NCBI GenBank assembly: GCA_963674945.2
Contig: CAXXWQ010000003.1
Span: forward strand, 1,536,001-1,600,000
Reading direction: 5' to 3'
Origin: an uncultured Desulfosarcina sp.
Lineage (GTDB): Bacteria; Desulfobacterota; Desulfobacteria; Desulfobacterales; Desulfosarcinaceae
Length of the DNA stretch: 64,000 bases
A program made the position numbers and the translations under genes. Below the pieces are notes generated by a model, which saw nothing but the letters and a program-made list of their open reading frames with translations, was not told where the DNA came from and did no database searches. Below, piece after piece: positions 48,932-59,415 of the stretch. Within the stretch, counting starts at the first letter, position 1; the number at the start of each line of letters is the position of its first letter.

Positions 48932-50950
48932 ATGATGAAAAGTCTGGAGTGGAACTGTATTGTAATGTTAATCATACTCATCGCGATTTCCGCCATCTCC
49001 GTCGAAGCGGACGAGACCAATCCGAACGACGACGACAGCACCGGTGTATTCACACTTGGAGAAGTGACGGTCCGCGCCCAGGGGGAGCCCCAGATGGGCA
49101 GCGTGGACCGGTTGGATGAAGCGATGCTGCGAGAACTCAACCGGGACGACCTGACCGAAGCCCTGGATCTTATGCCCGGGGTGACGGTCACCCGCACCGG
49201 CGCCCGTTATGAACGCACGGTGTCCGTACGCGGCATGGATGTCAAACACGTGCCGCTGTTCATGGACGGAATTCCCGTTTATGTCATGTACGACGGCTAC
49301 TCCGATTTCGGCCGTTTCACCACTTTTGATATTTCTCAGATCGAGGTATCCAAGGGTGCCGCTTCGGTACTTTATGGTTTCAACACCATGGGCGGCGCCA
49401 TCAATGTTGTGACCAAACGGCCCGAAAAGCCCTTCGAGGCAAACGCCGGTGCCGGCCTGGCCAGCGGTGACACCACCAGAGCCTACGCCAATATCGGGAG
49501 CAATCTGGACAAATGGTACGTCCAGGGCGGGGCCAGTTATCTTGATCGCGATTACTACAAGCTCTCCGATGATTTTGAGCCTACGGATACCGAAGATGGA
49601 GATCAGCGCGAAAACTCTTACACAACCGACAAGAAAATCAGCTTCAAGGTCGGATTCCGGCCAACCGGTGAGGACGAGTATGCCATCAGCTACAGCAAAC
49701 AGGAAGCGGAAAAGGGGAATCCGGTCTATACCGGCAACGACCCTACCCAACGCGTTCGCTACTGGCAGTGGCCCCAGTGGGACAAGGAGAGTTACTATTT
49801 CAATTCCAAAACGGGCATAGGCGATCAAAGCTATATAAAAACAAGGATCTACTACGACTGTTATGATAACTCACTCTTTTCTTTTGACGACGACACCTAC
49901 TCCACCCAGAACTATCGGTCGGCATTCAAGAGCTGGTACAACGACGATACCTACGGTGGCTCCCTGGAACTTGGCACCACGCTGCTGGGCCACAACAGCC
50001 TCAAAGCCGCGTTGCACTACAAGCGGGACCGGCACAAGGAGCATGATAATGACGAGCCCAAGCGAACCTTCCGGGACGAGTATTTCTCCATCGCCGCTGA
50101 GGACACCATCGGCGTGACCGAAAAACTCACCGCCCGGCTGGGCGCCAGCTACGACTGGCAGAAGGCCCTGGAAGCCGAGGACTACGACAGTGACACCGGC
50201 ATCATTTCCGATTTTCCCACAAAAAACGCCTCTGCCTTCAATCCCCAGGCCGGATTGTTCTACGATTTCACGGACAATAGCACTGCGTACCTGACCGTTG
50301 CGCGCAAAAACCGATTTGCCACTCTGAAAGACCGTTACTCCTACCGGTTCGGCACCACCCTGCCGAATCCGGATTTGGACCCTGAAATCGCCGTCAATTA
50401 TGATCTCGGGTTCGAGACCAGGTCCAACCGTATCTCTTTCGGTGGCGCCTTGTTCTTCAGCAACATCGAGGATTACATCCAGTTCGCCACCATCCCGGAC
50501 CCAAACGACCCCACGGCGACCATACAGCAGAACCAGAATATCGGCGAAGTTCGGATCTACGGCGCCGAAACCAGCCTGGTCGTCCGTATCACCGACAACC
50601 TGCGTGGCGGGATCAACTACACCTATACCGACTGGGACAACCGAAGCAACGATGACAAGCTCATCGGTATTCCCGAGCACAAGTTCGTGGCCTATGCCAT
50701 CTGCACCCTGTTCGACCGATTGGCTCTGTCGGCGGATTCGACCACCTATTCCGGCCAGTACAGCTCTTCCAACGGTGTGCGTGAAACCGACAGCTACACC
50801 GTCGTCAATGCCAAAGGGGCGGTATCGCTGTTCAAGGGATTGGCCGTGGAAGCCGGTGTCAACAATCTGTTCGACGAAAACGATGAAATCGAAGAGGGCT
50901 ACCCTGAGGAAGGCATCAACTATTTTGCCAACCTGACCTACAAGTTTTAG
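48932..50950 (+). CDS. TonB-dependent outer-membrane receptor
   Basis: Signal peptide; TonB box LGEVTV; plug motifs AL..MPGV, VRG, DGIP, IEVSKG..SVLYG...GGAINVVTK; NPDL.PE; NNLFD; terminal Phe (LTYKF). Confidence 0.95.
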   Translation: MMKSLEWNCIVMLIILIAISAISVEADETNPNDDDSTGVFTLGEVTVRAQGEPQMGSVDRLDEAMLRELNRDDLTEALDLMPGVTVTRTGARYERTVSVRGMDVKHVPLFMDGIPVYVMYDGYSDFGRFTTFDISQIEVSKGAASVLYGFNTMGGAINVVTKRPEKPFEANAGAGLASGDTTRAYANIGSNLDKWYVQGGASYLDRDYYKLSDDFEPTDTEDGDQRENSYTTDKKISFKVGFRPTGEDEYAISYSKQEAEKGNPVYTGNDPTQRVRYWQWPQWDKESYYFNSKTGIGDQSYIKTRIYYDCYDNSLFSFDDDTYSTQNYRSAFKSWYNDDTYGGSLELGTTLLGHNSLKAALHYKRDRHKEHDNDEPKRTFRDEYFSIAAEDTIGVTEKLTARLGASYDWQKALEAEDYDSDTGIISDFPTKNASAFNPQAGLFYDFTDNSTAYLTVARKNRFATLKDRYSYRFGTTLPNPDLDPEIAVNYDLGFETRSNRISFGGALFFSNIEDYIQFATIPDPNDPTATIQQNQNIGEVRIYGAETSLVVRITDNLRGGINYTYTDWDNRSNDDKLIGIPEHKFVAYAICTLFDRLALSADSTTYSGQYSSSNGVRETDSYTVVNAKGAVSLFKGLAVEAGVNNLFDENDEIEEGYPEEGINYFANLTYKF

Positions 50951-51124
50951 AAAGACATGGTCATTTCAGACGCCATCGGGATCGGGATCCGTGCCGTTCA
51001 TGCTTGACGGCGGTGTATGCGGGGCGGAAAAAACCTGCGTCTGGAACGAAAGACCGGAACCAACCACACGGCAGAGGGAACGAAAGATACCCGCAGACAT
51101 TAAAAAACGACGACAGGAAAGAAA

Positions 51125-51487
51125 ATGAAAGAACAGGATGAAGCGTATTTATGGCAAAGAATAAAAAAAGAAGTGGGAGTGAATGGAAAGGGCGGGAAGA
51201 AACCACGGCAAATCATAAATGAACCTTCATTTCCAATCAATCACAAACGCGCATGGCATTTGTTGTATAAATGGTCTGGATTAGGCTGGTATGACTACGA
51301 AACAACGGTAGATCTTGGTTGGGTTACACCAAAAGGCGATGGAATTCAGTTCCAGCAGATATTTTACAAGTCGATCCAGAACGAATGTCTCCAGCGGCCG
51401 CGACGCGAAAGCTTCGATCAAGCTGCGGAACGACGAATATCGCTTTTCCGGAAAGAGACGTCAACTCACTTCGTACTTTTTCCATAG
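51125..51487 (+). pseudogene. Hypothetical ORF, possibly a decayed IS3-family OrfB fragment
   Basis: D...L...I...INHKRAWHLL...GL loosely resembles the IS3 N.KRV.RL...GL motif; no DDE region or IRs seen. Confidence 0.25.
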
Positions 51488-51649
51488 GGTGGCGATGGGT
51501 CATACGTCCCGCATCCGGTGGGGGGATAGTGGAATCGAATTAAGCATTTCAATTCCTGTGCGGTGAAGCCGTTCGGCTCGCGTTTTCCCTGATCGATCCG
51601 AATGTTCGCCGAAGCCATATTTCACCGCGGCGAACATCGGTGGCAGACA

Positions 51650-53083
51650 TCAGATGCTGACGTACACAGCCTTGGTATTGAAATATGGCTCAATGCCCTT
51701 CCAGCCACGTTCGGCGCCCCATCCCGATTGCTTGTGGCCGCAAATCGGCATCGAGGCATCCGCGCCGAGCACGCAGTTCACCCAGATCTGTCCGGCGCGA
51801 AGGCCGTTGACGAAACGATGGGCGCGACTGAGATTTTCGGTCCAGATGGCGCCTGCCAGGCCATAATGGGTATCATTGGCGGCAGCGAGCACTTCGTCCT
51901 CATCATCGAATGGAATCACGCATCCTACCGGTCCGAAAATTTCCTCCTTGACCACCCGCATGTCCGGTGTGGTGTTGGTGAGGATGGTGGATTCGTAGAA
52001 AAAGCCGCGGCGATCCATGGGCTTGCCGCCGGTCCTGACCTCGGCGCCTTGCGCGACAGAATCGTCCACAAGTTCCTTCACTCGCTGACGCTGCTTCTCG
52101 CTGATCAACGGACCGAGAATGGTTCCCTCTTCATCAGCGCCTCCCATCGGCAGCGACTGCGCGAAAGCGACCAGTCCATCAACGACCTGCTCGTAAATGC
52201 CGCGCTGAACGTAAATGCGTGACGTGCAGCTGCAGTTCTGACCGGAGCCGGCCAGCAGGCCCATGCCGGCGCTCATGATCCCCTTTTCGAGATTGGCATC
52301 GTCGAACATGATCAGCGGCGACTTGCCACCCAGTTCAAGCGTCAAGCGCTTGAGGTTGCCGGCGGCCGCTTGAACGATCATGCGACCGACTTCGGTAGAG
52401 CCCGTGAACCCGACCTTGTCGACGCCCGGATGCGCAGCCAGCGCAGTGCCGGTGGTCGAACCATAGCCGGTAACGACGTTGAGGACGCCGTCGGGCAGGC
52501 CCGCTTCGCGAAAAATGCTTTCAAGCTGCAGCGCGCTGAGCGGCGTTTCTGAGGACGGCTTCACTACGCAACTGCAGCCGGCAGCGAGCGCCGGCGCGAC
52601 TTTCAGCATCGCGATGTAGAACGGACCGTTCCATGGAACGATGGCTCCCACGACGCCGACCGGTTCGAGTTGCGTGAAGGTGTGCAGTTGTTCCGGCGCG
52701 CCGGTGAGACCGGCGGAGGAGAGTTGGCCCGATTCGCCGTGGATCTTGGTAACCCAGCCGGCGTAATACTTGAGCAGATCGAGCGACTCTCGAATGATTA
52801 TGCGCGCGCCCATCATAATCATGCCGTTGTCACGTGATTCGATTGCTGCGAGTTCCTCAAGACGATTTTCGATGATCTGTGCCGCACGCCACAGAATATC
52901 GGCCCGTTCCTTGGCGGGCAGTTTGCGCCAAACGCCATTTTCAAAAGCCTCCCGCGCCCGCGCTACCACGCCGTCGAGAGTTGCCTGGTCAGAGTCGATG
53001 ACCTCGGCAATCTGCTCTTCAGTCGCCGGATTGAGGACCGGGATCATTGTGCATCCTGATGTAAGGCTGTCTTTGGTTTCCAT
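51650..53083 (-). CDS. NAD(P)-dependent aldehyde dehydrogenase (phenylacetaldehyde dehydrogenase-like)
   Basis: NPAT, IVPWN.P, VVKPSSETP, FTGSTEVG, LELGGKSP, GQNC, EEIFGPV, KQSGWG.E. GGAGG RBS. Confidence 0.94.
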   Translation of the reverse strand: METKDSLTSGCTMIPVLNPATEEQIAEVIDSDQATLDGVVARAREAFENGVWRKLPAKERADILWRAAQIIENRLEELAAIESRDNGMIMMGARIIIRESLDLLKYYAGWVTKIHGESGQLSSAGLTGAPEQLHTFTQLEPVGVVGAIVPWNGPFYIAMLKVAPALAAGCSCVVKPSSETPLSALQLESIFREAGLPDGVLNVVTGYGSTTGTALAAHPGVDKVGFTGSTEVGRMIVQAAAGNLKRLTLELGGKSPLIMFDDANLEKGIMSAGMGLLAGSGQNCSCTSRIYVQRGIYEQVVDGLVAFAQSLPMGGADEEGTILGPLISEKQRQRVKELVDDSVAQGAEVRTGGKPMDRRGFFYESTILTNTTPDMRVVKEEIFGPVGCVIPFDDEDEVLAAANDTHYGLAGAIWTENLSRAHRFVNGLRAGQIWVNCVLGADASMPICGHKQSGWGAERGWKGIEPYFNTKAVYVSI

Positions 53084-53542
53084 ACTGCCTCCTTCGTGGT
53101 TTGAAACGCGGGTTTTTTAATTCGAACGGGAAATCCGTGTATTGCGTCGATACCATCGCGTTGATATGATCTAAAAATTATTTAGGCAAAGTTTATTCTA
53201 TTATTTTGTCCAATTTCTGTTAAATATAAACTAATATGACTTAAATGGCAAACAAAATAATTTTATTATGTCAATTAAAAGTACGGATGCTCTCACAAAA
53301 CAAATAAAAAGAGACCGATTTTGGGTTGTCGTTCGTGCAATGGAACCATGAGTCTGCGGGGCCGCCGTTGGCAATGCCCACGGTATGATGAATGTCCCCG
53401 TGAATATGTAGAATTACCGGAAGATTTGGGGCGATGGTGTGAATTTAGAGTGGCAACTCAGTCCTTGGGATTACCGGACACGCCCAATTGTGCTTATTCG
53501 ATACTGTCCAGAAAAATGGTCCAGCCCGACATAAGGGAGATA

Positions 53543-55852
53543 TCAGTTATCCAAAGCCTTTCTTACATGGACTGCCAAGGTTTGAAGTGAAAACGGTTTT
53601 TGAATAAAGTTGATACCCTCGTCAAGGACACCATGGGGAGCGATGACGTCGGCCGTATAACCAGACATGAATAATAATCTGAGTTCCGGGACAATGGGTG
53701 CTAACGCTTTCGCCAATTCCCGACCGTTCATCTCGGGCATGATCACATCTGTCAGGAGCAAGTGAATCCTGCCGATGTGTTTCTTCGCCAACTGAAAGGC
53801 TTCTCCCGGCGTCGAAACGTCCAATACCTGGTACCCCAAACGTTTTAGTGACGTTTTCGCCATGTTTAAAATAGCATGATCATCTTCCACCAACAGGATG
53901 GTTTCGTCTCCTTGAGCTAATTCCTGGGGCATACGGCTTTTGATTTGTGGTTCCGCAGTGTCAGCCGTGTGCCTGGGAAGATATATCTTGAAAGTGGTGC
54001 CATTTCCAAGTTCACTGTCAACGTTGATGTACCCATTGTTCTGTTTTGCAATACCGTAGATCATGGCCAACCCGAGACCGGTTCCCTCGCCTTTTTCCTT
54101 GGTGGTGAAAAAGGGCTCGAAAATTTTTCCTTGCGTCTCCATATCCATGCCATGCCCGTTGTCACTGACCGCCAGCATCACGAAGTCACCGATTGTTGTG
54201 TCCGAATGCTGCGCACAGTAAGCTTCGTCAAAGCTGACGTTACCCGTTTCGATAGCGATTCGTCCCTGGCCGTCGATTGCATCCCGGGCATTTACGCACA
54301 AATTGGCCAGTATCTGGTCAATCTGGGAACTGTCCATCTTGACCGGCCATACACCCGATCCCGGCAGCCAGGTGATATCGATGTCTTCCCCAATCAAACG
54401 TTTCAGCATATTAAGCATTCCCGCAACCGTCTCATTTAAATCGAGTACCCGGGGGGTGACGACCTGCTTCCGGGCAAAGGTCAGCAGCTGGCGAGTGATA
54501 TCGGCGGAGCGTCCGGCGGCATTTCGGATCGTTTTGATTGCGTCATAAAGTGGATTGTCTTGATTCAACTGTTCCAGAGAGAGTTCGGCATGGCCGATAA
54601 TCACACTCAGCATATTATTGAAGTCATGAGCCACGCCGCCTGCCAGCCGTCCCACCGATTCCATCTTCTGAGCCTGATTCAGCTGGTTCAGAAGCTTCTT
54701 CTGTTCTTCTTCTGACCGTTTGCGTTCCGTGATGTCTTGAAATGTCCCCACAAGGAAGTTTTTTTCTTGCTCTGTAATTCGTCTCAGGCCCCGTACCTCA
54801 GTCCATAAACGTTTTCCTCTTGCGGTTATGACTTCAGCTTCGATCGTAAAAGTAGACCCATTGTTCAAAGAATTCGATACCGCATCTCTGAGCTTCGGGA
54901 TGTATTCTGGAAGATAAAATGTGAGTCCTTCTTCAAACCCGGGGTTGTAATCGATAGGAACTTCGATAATATGTTTAATCCCTTCCGTCCAAAGTAATAA
55001 ATCAGTCTCCGGATTGGCCTTCCATCCTCCTACGCGAGCGATTCGTTCTGTATCGTTCTGGAAAAACAAGGTCTCTTTCAGCTTTTCCTCTGCCCGTTTG
55101 CGTTCCGTGATGTCCCGACCGATACCCAACACGCCAACCAAATTGCCTTCGGAATCGAACATGGGGGTTTTAATGGTATCCAGCAACGCACGGCGGCCAT
55201 CGCCGGCAAAGGTGATCCACTCCTCATTGCAGATAGGTTGTCCGGCTGCCATCGCCCTGCGGTCATTTCCCCTGAAAAAGTCCGCCAACTCTCTGTCCAC
55301 AAAGTCGTAATCCGTCTTGCCGACAATATCCTCTTCCTTTGCGCCGAAACAACGCTCGAACATTTTGTTGCAGGCCAAATAAACGCCATTTTCATTTTTT
55401 AACCAGACCAGATCAGGAATTGTCTGCAACAGAGTGTGGAGACGGGCTTCGTTCTCCAAAATGGATTCTTTCATCCGTTTCAGGGGTGAGATGTCCCGAA
55501 CGATTTCGAGGCATGAATCCACTCTCCCTTCGTCATTTCGGATGGGTATGGCTGTGTTTAACCAGATCCGAATTTCACCTGTCGGCTCGCGAACAGTTCG
55601 TTCGGCGTCATGAGATTTTTCATCCCTGAAGGCTTCTCTGACGGGGCACCCTTTGCATGGCGCGTCACGAAATTCATAGATCCTGTAACATTTTCCAGAG
55701 GAACTACCGAACTGATTCCGCATGAAATCATTCTGAAAAAGGATATTGTAGTCCCGGTCCTGGATGGTCAGACCATATTCCAGGGAAGTCATTAGGGCCT
55801 TAAAAATACTTTTTTCTGAAATCGGAGGTGTTTTTTTCTTTTTATCCATCAT
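53543..55852 (-). CDS. Cytoplasmic hybrid sensor kinase (three PAS, HisKA, HATPase, REC)
   Basis: [42 protein letters not shown]. Confidence 0.93.
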   Translation of the reverse strand: MMDKKKKTPPISEKSIFKALMTSLEYGLTIQDRDYNILFQNDFMRNQFGSSSGKCYRIYEFRDAPCKGCPVREAFRDEKSHDAERTVREPTGEIRIWLNTAIPIRNDEGRVDSCLEIVRDISPLKRMKESILENEARLHTLLQTIPDLVWLKNENGVYLACNKMFERCFGAKEEDIVGKTDYDFVDRELADFFRGNDRRAMAAGQPICNEEWITFAGDGRRALLDTIKTPMFDSEGNLVGVLGIGRDITERKRAEEKLKETLFFQNDTERIARVGGWKANPETDLLLWTEGIKHIIEVPIDYNPGFEEGLTFYLPEYIPKLRDAVSNSLNNGSTFTIEAEVITARGKRLWTEVRGLRRITEQEKNFLVGTFQDITERKRSEEEQKKLLNQLNQAQKMESVGRLAGGVAHDFNNMLSVIIGHAELSLEQLNQDNPLYDAIKTIRNAAGRSADITRQLLTFARKQVVTPRVLDLNETVAGMLNMLKRLIGEDIDITWLPGSGVWPVKMDSSQIDQILANLCVNARDAIDGQGRIAIETGNVSFDEAYCAQHSDTTIGDFVMLAVSDNGHGMDMETQGKIFEPFFTTKEKGEGTGLGLAMIYGIAKQNNGYINVDSELGNGTTFKIYLPRHTADTAEPQIKSRMPQELAQGDETILLVEDDHAILNMAKTSLKRLGYQVLDVSTPGEAFQLAKKHIGRIHLLLTDVIMPEMNGRELAKALAPIVPELRLLFMSGYTADVIAPHGVLDEGINFIQKPFSLQTLAVHVRKALDN

Positions 55853-56420
55853 CTTCTTATATGAAATTCGTATACGGCAGTATGATCGGAATCTAATTTC
55901 GTCTTCATCGTGTCAAATATCTTCTCACAATCTAACACGCTTGTTTCAAGAGCCAGTAAATTACCGGCCAATCATGAAAATAAGTTCACTCCTGAACGAC
56001 ATATGGGCCTTCTCAGGCACTTAAGATTCGAATTATAAATTCAGCGGGCGAGGATAACACTCAAGTTTGAGGCTGGTTGTTTCACACTTAGAGGCTCTAT
56101 GTCATTCCATATAGGTCGGATCCCGGTCATATCAGAATATGCATTGCCGCATGGAGGGCCTGAAGAAAAATAACGCACTGAATTTTATAAAATTGATTAT
56201 AGGAAAAGGATTGTTGAAAGGTCAAGTAATTTGAAAAAGGGTCATTTGGTTGGACAAGAACGGGCAAAGTCCTTGCTTCGCTATAGGATGTTTCACGAAC
56301 CGCCCGTGCCACGCTACCGTTAACGCCGGATCATCTTACGATTTGGTTCAGATGAAGCGTTGAAGGCGCAACACAAATTGAATAGTGTTCATTTTTTATC
56401 TTGACAGACCTTGTTTGATA

Positions 56421-56458
56421 AATTAACCATACATCATACATATGATGTATGGTTAATT
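56421..56458. promoter_or_regulatory. Perfect 18-2-18 inverted repeat, probable GntR/FadR operator overlapping a sigma-70 promoter
   Basis: AATTAACCATACATCATA-CA-TATGATGTATGGTTAATT; TTGACA at 56401-56406. Confidence 0.8.
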
Positions 56459-56553
56459 GCCCGCACGATTCAGTCGCCAGAATGCCTCAAGCTCGCCCGC
56501 AAAGCTCCCATAGTCCGGCATCGTTTCCAAGGATACAGTAAGGACGACCACCC

Positions 56554-57279
56554 ATGAATGCCAAAAAAACGACTTCCCTGAATACCCCTGTTGGCCAGAG
56601 TTCCGTCGTAGACCTGGTTATTGAGCGTATCAAGGAAGCAATTATGGCCAGGGAACTCAAGCCTGGAGACTACCTGCCCACCGAAACGGAACTGGTCACC
56701 AATTTGGGCGTAAGCAAGACCAGTGTCCGGGAAGCCATAAAAATGCTGCAGGCCCAGGGGGTGGTCGAGGTGCGACGTGGCCGGGGTACGAAAATAAACG
56801 AGGACGTTGGCGAAGGCGTAATCGTTCCCCTGATCTATCAGTTGCTGTTGGCCAGAGGGACAATCCAGGAAATCATCGACTTCCGTATGATGTTCGAAGA
56901 GGCCTACACCATCATGGCTGTCGACCGTGCCACTTCAGATGACATTTCCCGAATCGCCACAACGGTAGAGGATTTAGAACTGGCAATCGCAGAAAACCGA
57001 CAGACAGCCATTGAAGATCTCGCTTTCCACTTCGAAATGTTACGCAGCACCCATAACCCGCTGGTCATTCGGGTCGGTGAAACCATTATGGAATTATTCC
57101 GGGTGTCCATCGGTTACTCCGTCAAGCACCATCCCGAAATTGCCTTGCGCGACCATAAGGCAATATTCGAGGCATTCCTAAAAAAAGATAAGCGGCGGCT
57201 TCGGGAAGTGATCCAGGGAAGCTTTGAAGCTTGGAAACACGGTTTAGAAATGACCAAGCCGGGCATCGATATGAACTGA
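56554..57279 (+). CDS. GntR family, FadR subfamily transcriptional regulator
   Basis: LKPGDYLPTETEL...LGVSKTSVREA...V.RGRGT; FCD domain D..FH...THNP...DH.AI. Confidence 0.93.
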   Translation: MNAKKTTSLNTPVGQSSVVDLVIERIKEAIMARELKPGDYLPTETELVTNLGVSKTSVREAIKMLQAQGVVEVRRGRGTKINEDVGEGVIVPLIYQLLLARGTIQEIIDFRMMFEEAYTIMAVDRATSDDISRIATTVEDLELAIAENRQTAIEDLAFHFEMLRSTHNPLVIRVGETIMELFRVSIGYSVKHHPEIALRDHKAIFEAFLKKDKRRLREVIQGSFEAWKHGLEMTKPGIDMN

Positions 57280-57355
57280 ATGCCCGGTAACAATTTGGAA
57301 AAGGTGCGCTCAAAATAGGCTTCCAGGCAAACGATACATTACAAAGGAGAGCCGG

Positions 57356-58201
57356 ATGAACGAACCTGAAGAAAGCATTCGCGACGAACTTTCGAATCGT
57401 GCTTTTAAAATCCGTCGCAACGCTTTGCGAATGGGCGAGGTGCAGGGCCAAGGGTACATCGGCCAGGCACTCGATATCGCCGATGTGCTATCGGTCGCCT
57501 ACTTTCATGCCATGAAGTATCGGGCCGATGATCCAAATTGGGAGGGGCGCGATCGCTTTCTGTTATCAAATGGCCATTACGCCATCGGCCTGTACGCGGC
57601 ACTGATGGAAGCCGGTATCGTTCCCGAGGAAGAGCTTGAAACCTATGGTAGTGATGACAGCCGCCTGCCCATGTCGGGAATGGCCAGCTACACGCCTGGC
57701 ATGGAGATGTCCGGCGGATCCCTTGGCCAAGGTCTTTCCATTGCAGTGGGACGAGGGCTTGGTCTAAAGCGTAAAGGGTCGGATGCCTTTGTTTATACCT
57801 TGTTCTCGGATGGAGAACTGGATGAAGGTTCTGTCTGGGAAGCACTCATGTCCGCCGCTCATTGGAAGCTCGACAACCTTATCGCCATTGTCGACGTGAA
57901 CAACCAACAGGCCGATGGTCCCTCCACTCAGGTGATGGCATTCGAGCCGCTGGTCGAAAAAATGGAAGCATTCGGTTGGTACACCCAGCGTATTGACGGG
58001 AATAACCTGGATGAAGTGATCAACGCCTTTGACGCTGCCCGCAGCCACGCAGATCCGTGTCCGCGCATGATCATTTGTGATACGCGGCTGGGCCGCGGAG
58101 TACCCTTCCTCGAAGAACGCGATAAAAACCATTTCATCCGTGTTGATGCGCACGAATGGAAACTCGCGCTCGAAGCACTTGAAGCCGGGAGGCGCGCATG
58201 A
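57356..58201 (+). CDS. Transketolase-like protein, N-terminal (TPP-binding) subunit
   Basis: RDRFLLSNGH, GGSLGQG, SDGELDEG..WEA, N.QQADG; ATGA overlap with the next gene. Confidence 0.92.
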   Translation: MNEPEESIRDELSNRAFKIRRNALRMGEVQGQGYIGQALDIADVLSVAYFHAMKYRADDPNWEGRDRFLLSNGHYAIGLYAALMEAGIVPEEELETYGSDDSRLPMSGMASYTPGMEMSGGSLGQGLSIAVGRGLGLKRKGSDAFVYTLFSDGELDEGSVWEALMSAAHWKLDNLIAIVDVNNQQADGPSTQVMAFEPLVEKMEAFGWYTQRIDGNNLDEVINAFDAARSHADPCPRMIICDTRLGRGVPFLEERDKNHFIRVDAHEWKLALEALEAGRRA

Positions 58202-59196
58202 ACGATACCGCCGTGAAACGACGCCTGAAGACCTCGGCGATGATCGCCTCCATTGCCGACGAAGACCAGCCTTCCAGGACCGCTCCCTTCGGCCATGCGC
58301 TCAATGAACTGGCGCGCACGAACCCGGACATCATCGGCATGACCGCCGATCTCGCCAAATACACCGACCTGCATATTTTTTCCGAGGCCTTCCCCGATCG
58401 ATTTTATCAGATGGGGATGGCTGAGCAACTCCTGATGGGTGCTGCCTCCGGGTTTGCCCATGAAGGGTTTCTTCCTTTCGTGACAACCTACGCTGTTTTT
58501 GCTTCCCGACGAGCATTCGAATTTATCCACCAAACAATCGCAGAGGATAACCTCAACGTGAAGATCGCCTGCGCCCTGCCCGGTCTCACCACCGGGTACG
58601 GCCCCAGTCACCAGGCCACTGAAGATCTGGCGCTTTTTCGTACGATGCCGAACATGGTGGTAATCGATCCCTGCGACGCCCTGGAGATTGAGCAGGCGGT
58701 GCCGCAGATCGCCGGACACGACGGGCCTGTGTATATGCGCCTGCTTCGCGGCAAGGTTCCGTTGGTACTGGACGAATACAATTACCGGTTTGAACTTGGT
58801 AAGGCAAAGCTTCTCCTCGAAGGCGACGACATCCTGTTCATTTCTACCGGATTCATGACAATGCGTGTGCTGGCGGCGGCCAAAAAACTGCAAAATGAAA
58901 ACATACATGCCGCGGTGCTGCACTGCCCGACCATCAAGCCGCTGGACCGTGAGGCCATCGTCCAGGCCAGCAGCAAACCGGGTCGTCTTGTGGTGGTGGC
59001 GGAAAACCACACTGTGATCGGCGGCCTTGGAGAAGCGGTAGCAGGCGAATTGCTCCGTGCCGGGGTTGCACCCAAATTCCGGCAGATCGCTTTGCCGGAT
59101 GACTTCCTCGATGCAGGCGCACTCCCGACCCTTCACGACCGCTATGGCATCTCGACCGAGGCCATCGCAAACACGATTACGGAATGGTGCAAATAG
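58198..59196 (+). CDS. Transketolase-like protein, C-terminal subunit
   Basis: ADL, MGMAEQ, GPSHQATED, GPVYMR, TIKPLD, ENH..IGGLG. Confidence 0.92.
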   Translation: MNDTAVKRRLKTSAMIASIADEDQPSRTAPFGHALNELARTNPDIIGMTADLAKYTDLHIFSEAFPDRFYQMGMAEQLLMGAASGFAHEGFLPFVTTYAVFASRRAFEFIHQTIAEDNLNVKIACALPGLTTGYGPSHQATEDLALFRTMPNMVVIDPCDALEIEQAVPQIAGHDGPVYMRLLRGKVPLVLDEYNYRFELGKAKLLLEGDDILFISTGFMTMRVLAAAKKLQNENIHAAVLHCPTIKPLDREAIVQASSKPGRLVVVAENHTVIGGLGEAVAGELLRAGVAPKFRQIALPDDFLDAGALPTLHDRYGISTEAIANTITEWCK

Positions 59197-59254
59197 CAGG
59201 AACATCCTGGCGCTTGCTGTATCTGCGAGCAACCTTTGCGATAAACCGATTTCA

Positions 59255-59335
59255 ATCCTTTTTCTCGCTTTTGATCTTTCCAGTTATTTGACCGGTAGTG
59301 ATTTGGAAGTAAACGGCGGCTCTTCGATTTACTAA
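59255..59335 (+). pseudogene. Remnant of an SDR C-terminus
   Basis: ILFLAFDLSSYLTGSDLEVNGGSSIY-stop matches the SDR terminal pattern LFLAS..S.Y.TG..L.V.GG. Confidence 0.7.
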
Positions 59336-59415
59336 GGAAGGCTTTTTCCAATCCATTTATCATCGCTGCGAAATCAACGCAGTCCAAACTTACCCGCAAC
59401 CATGAGGAGGTATCT

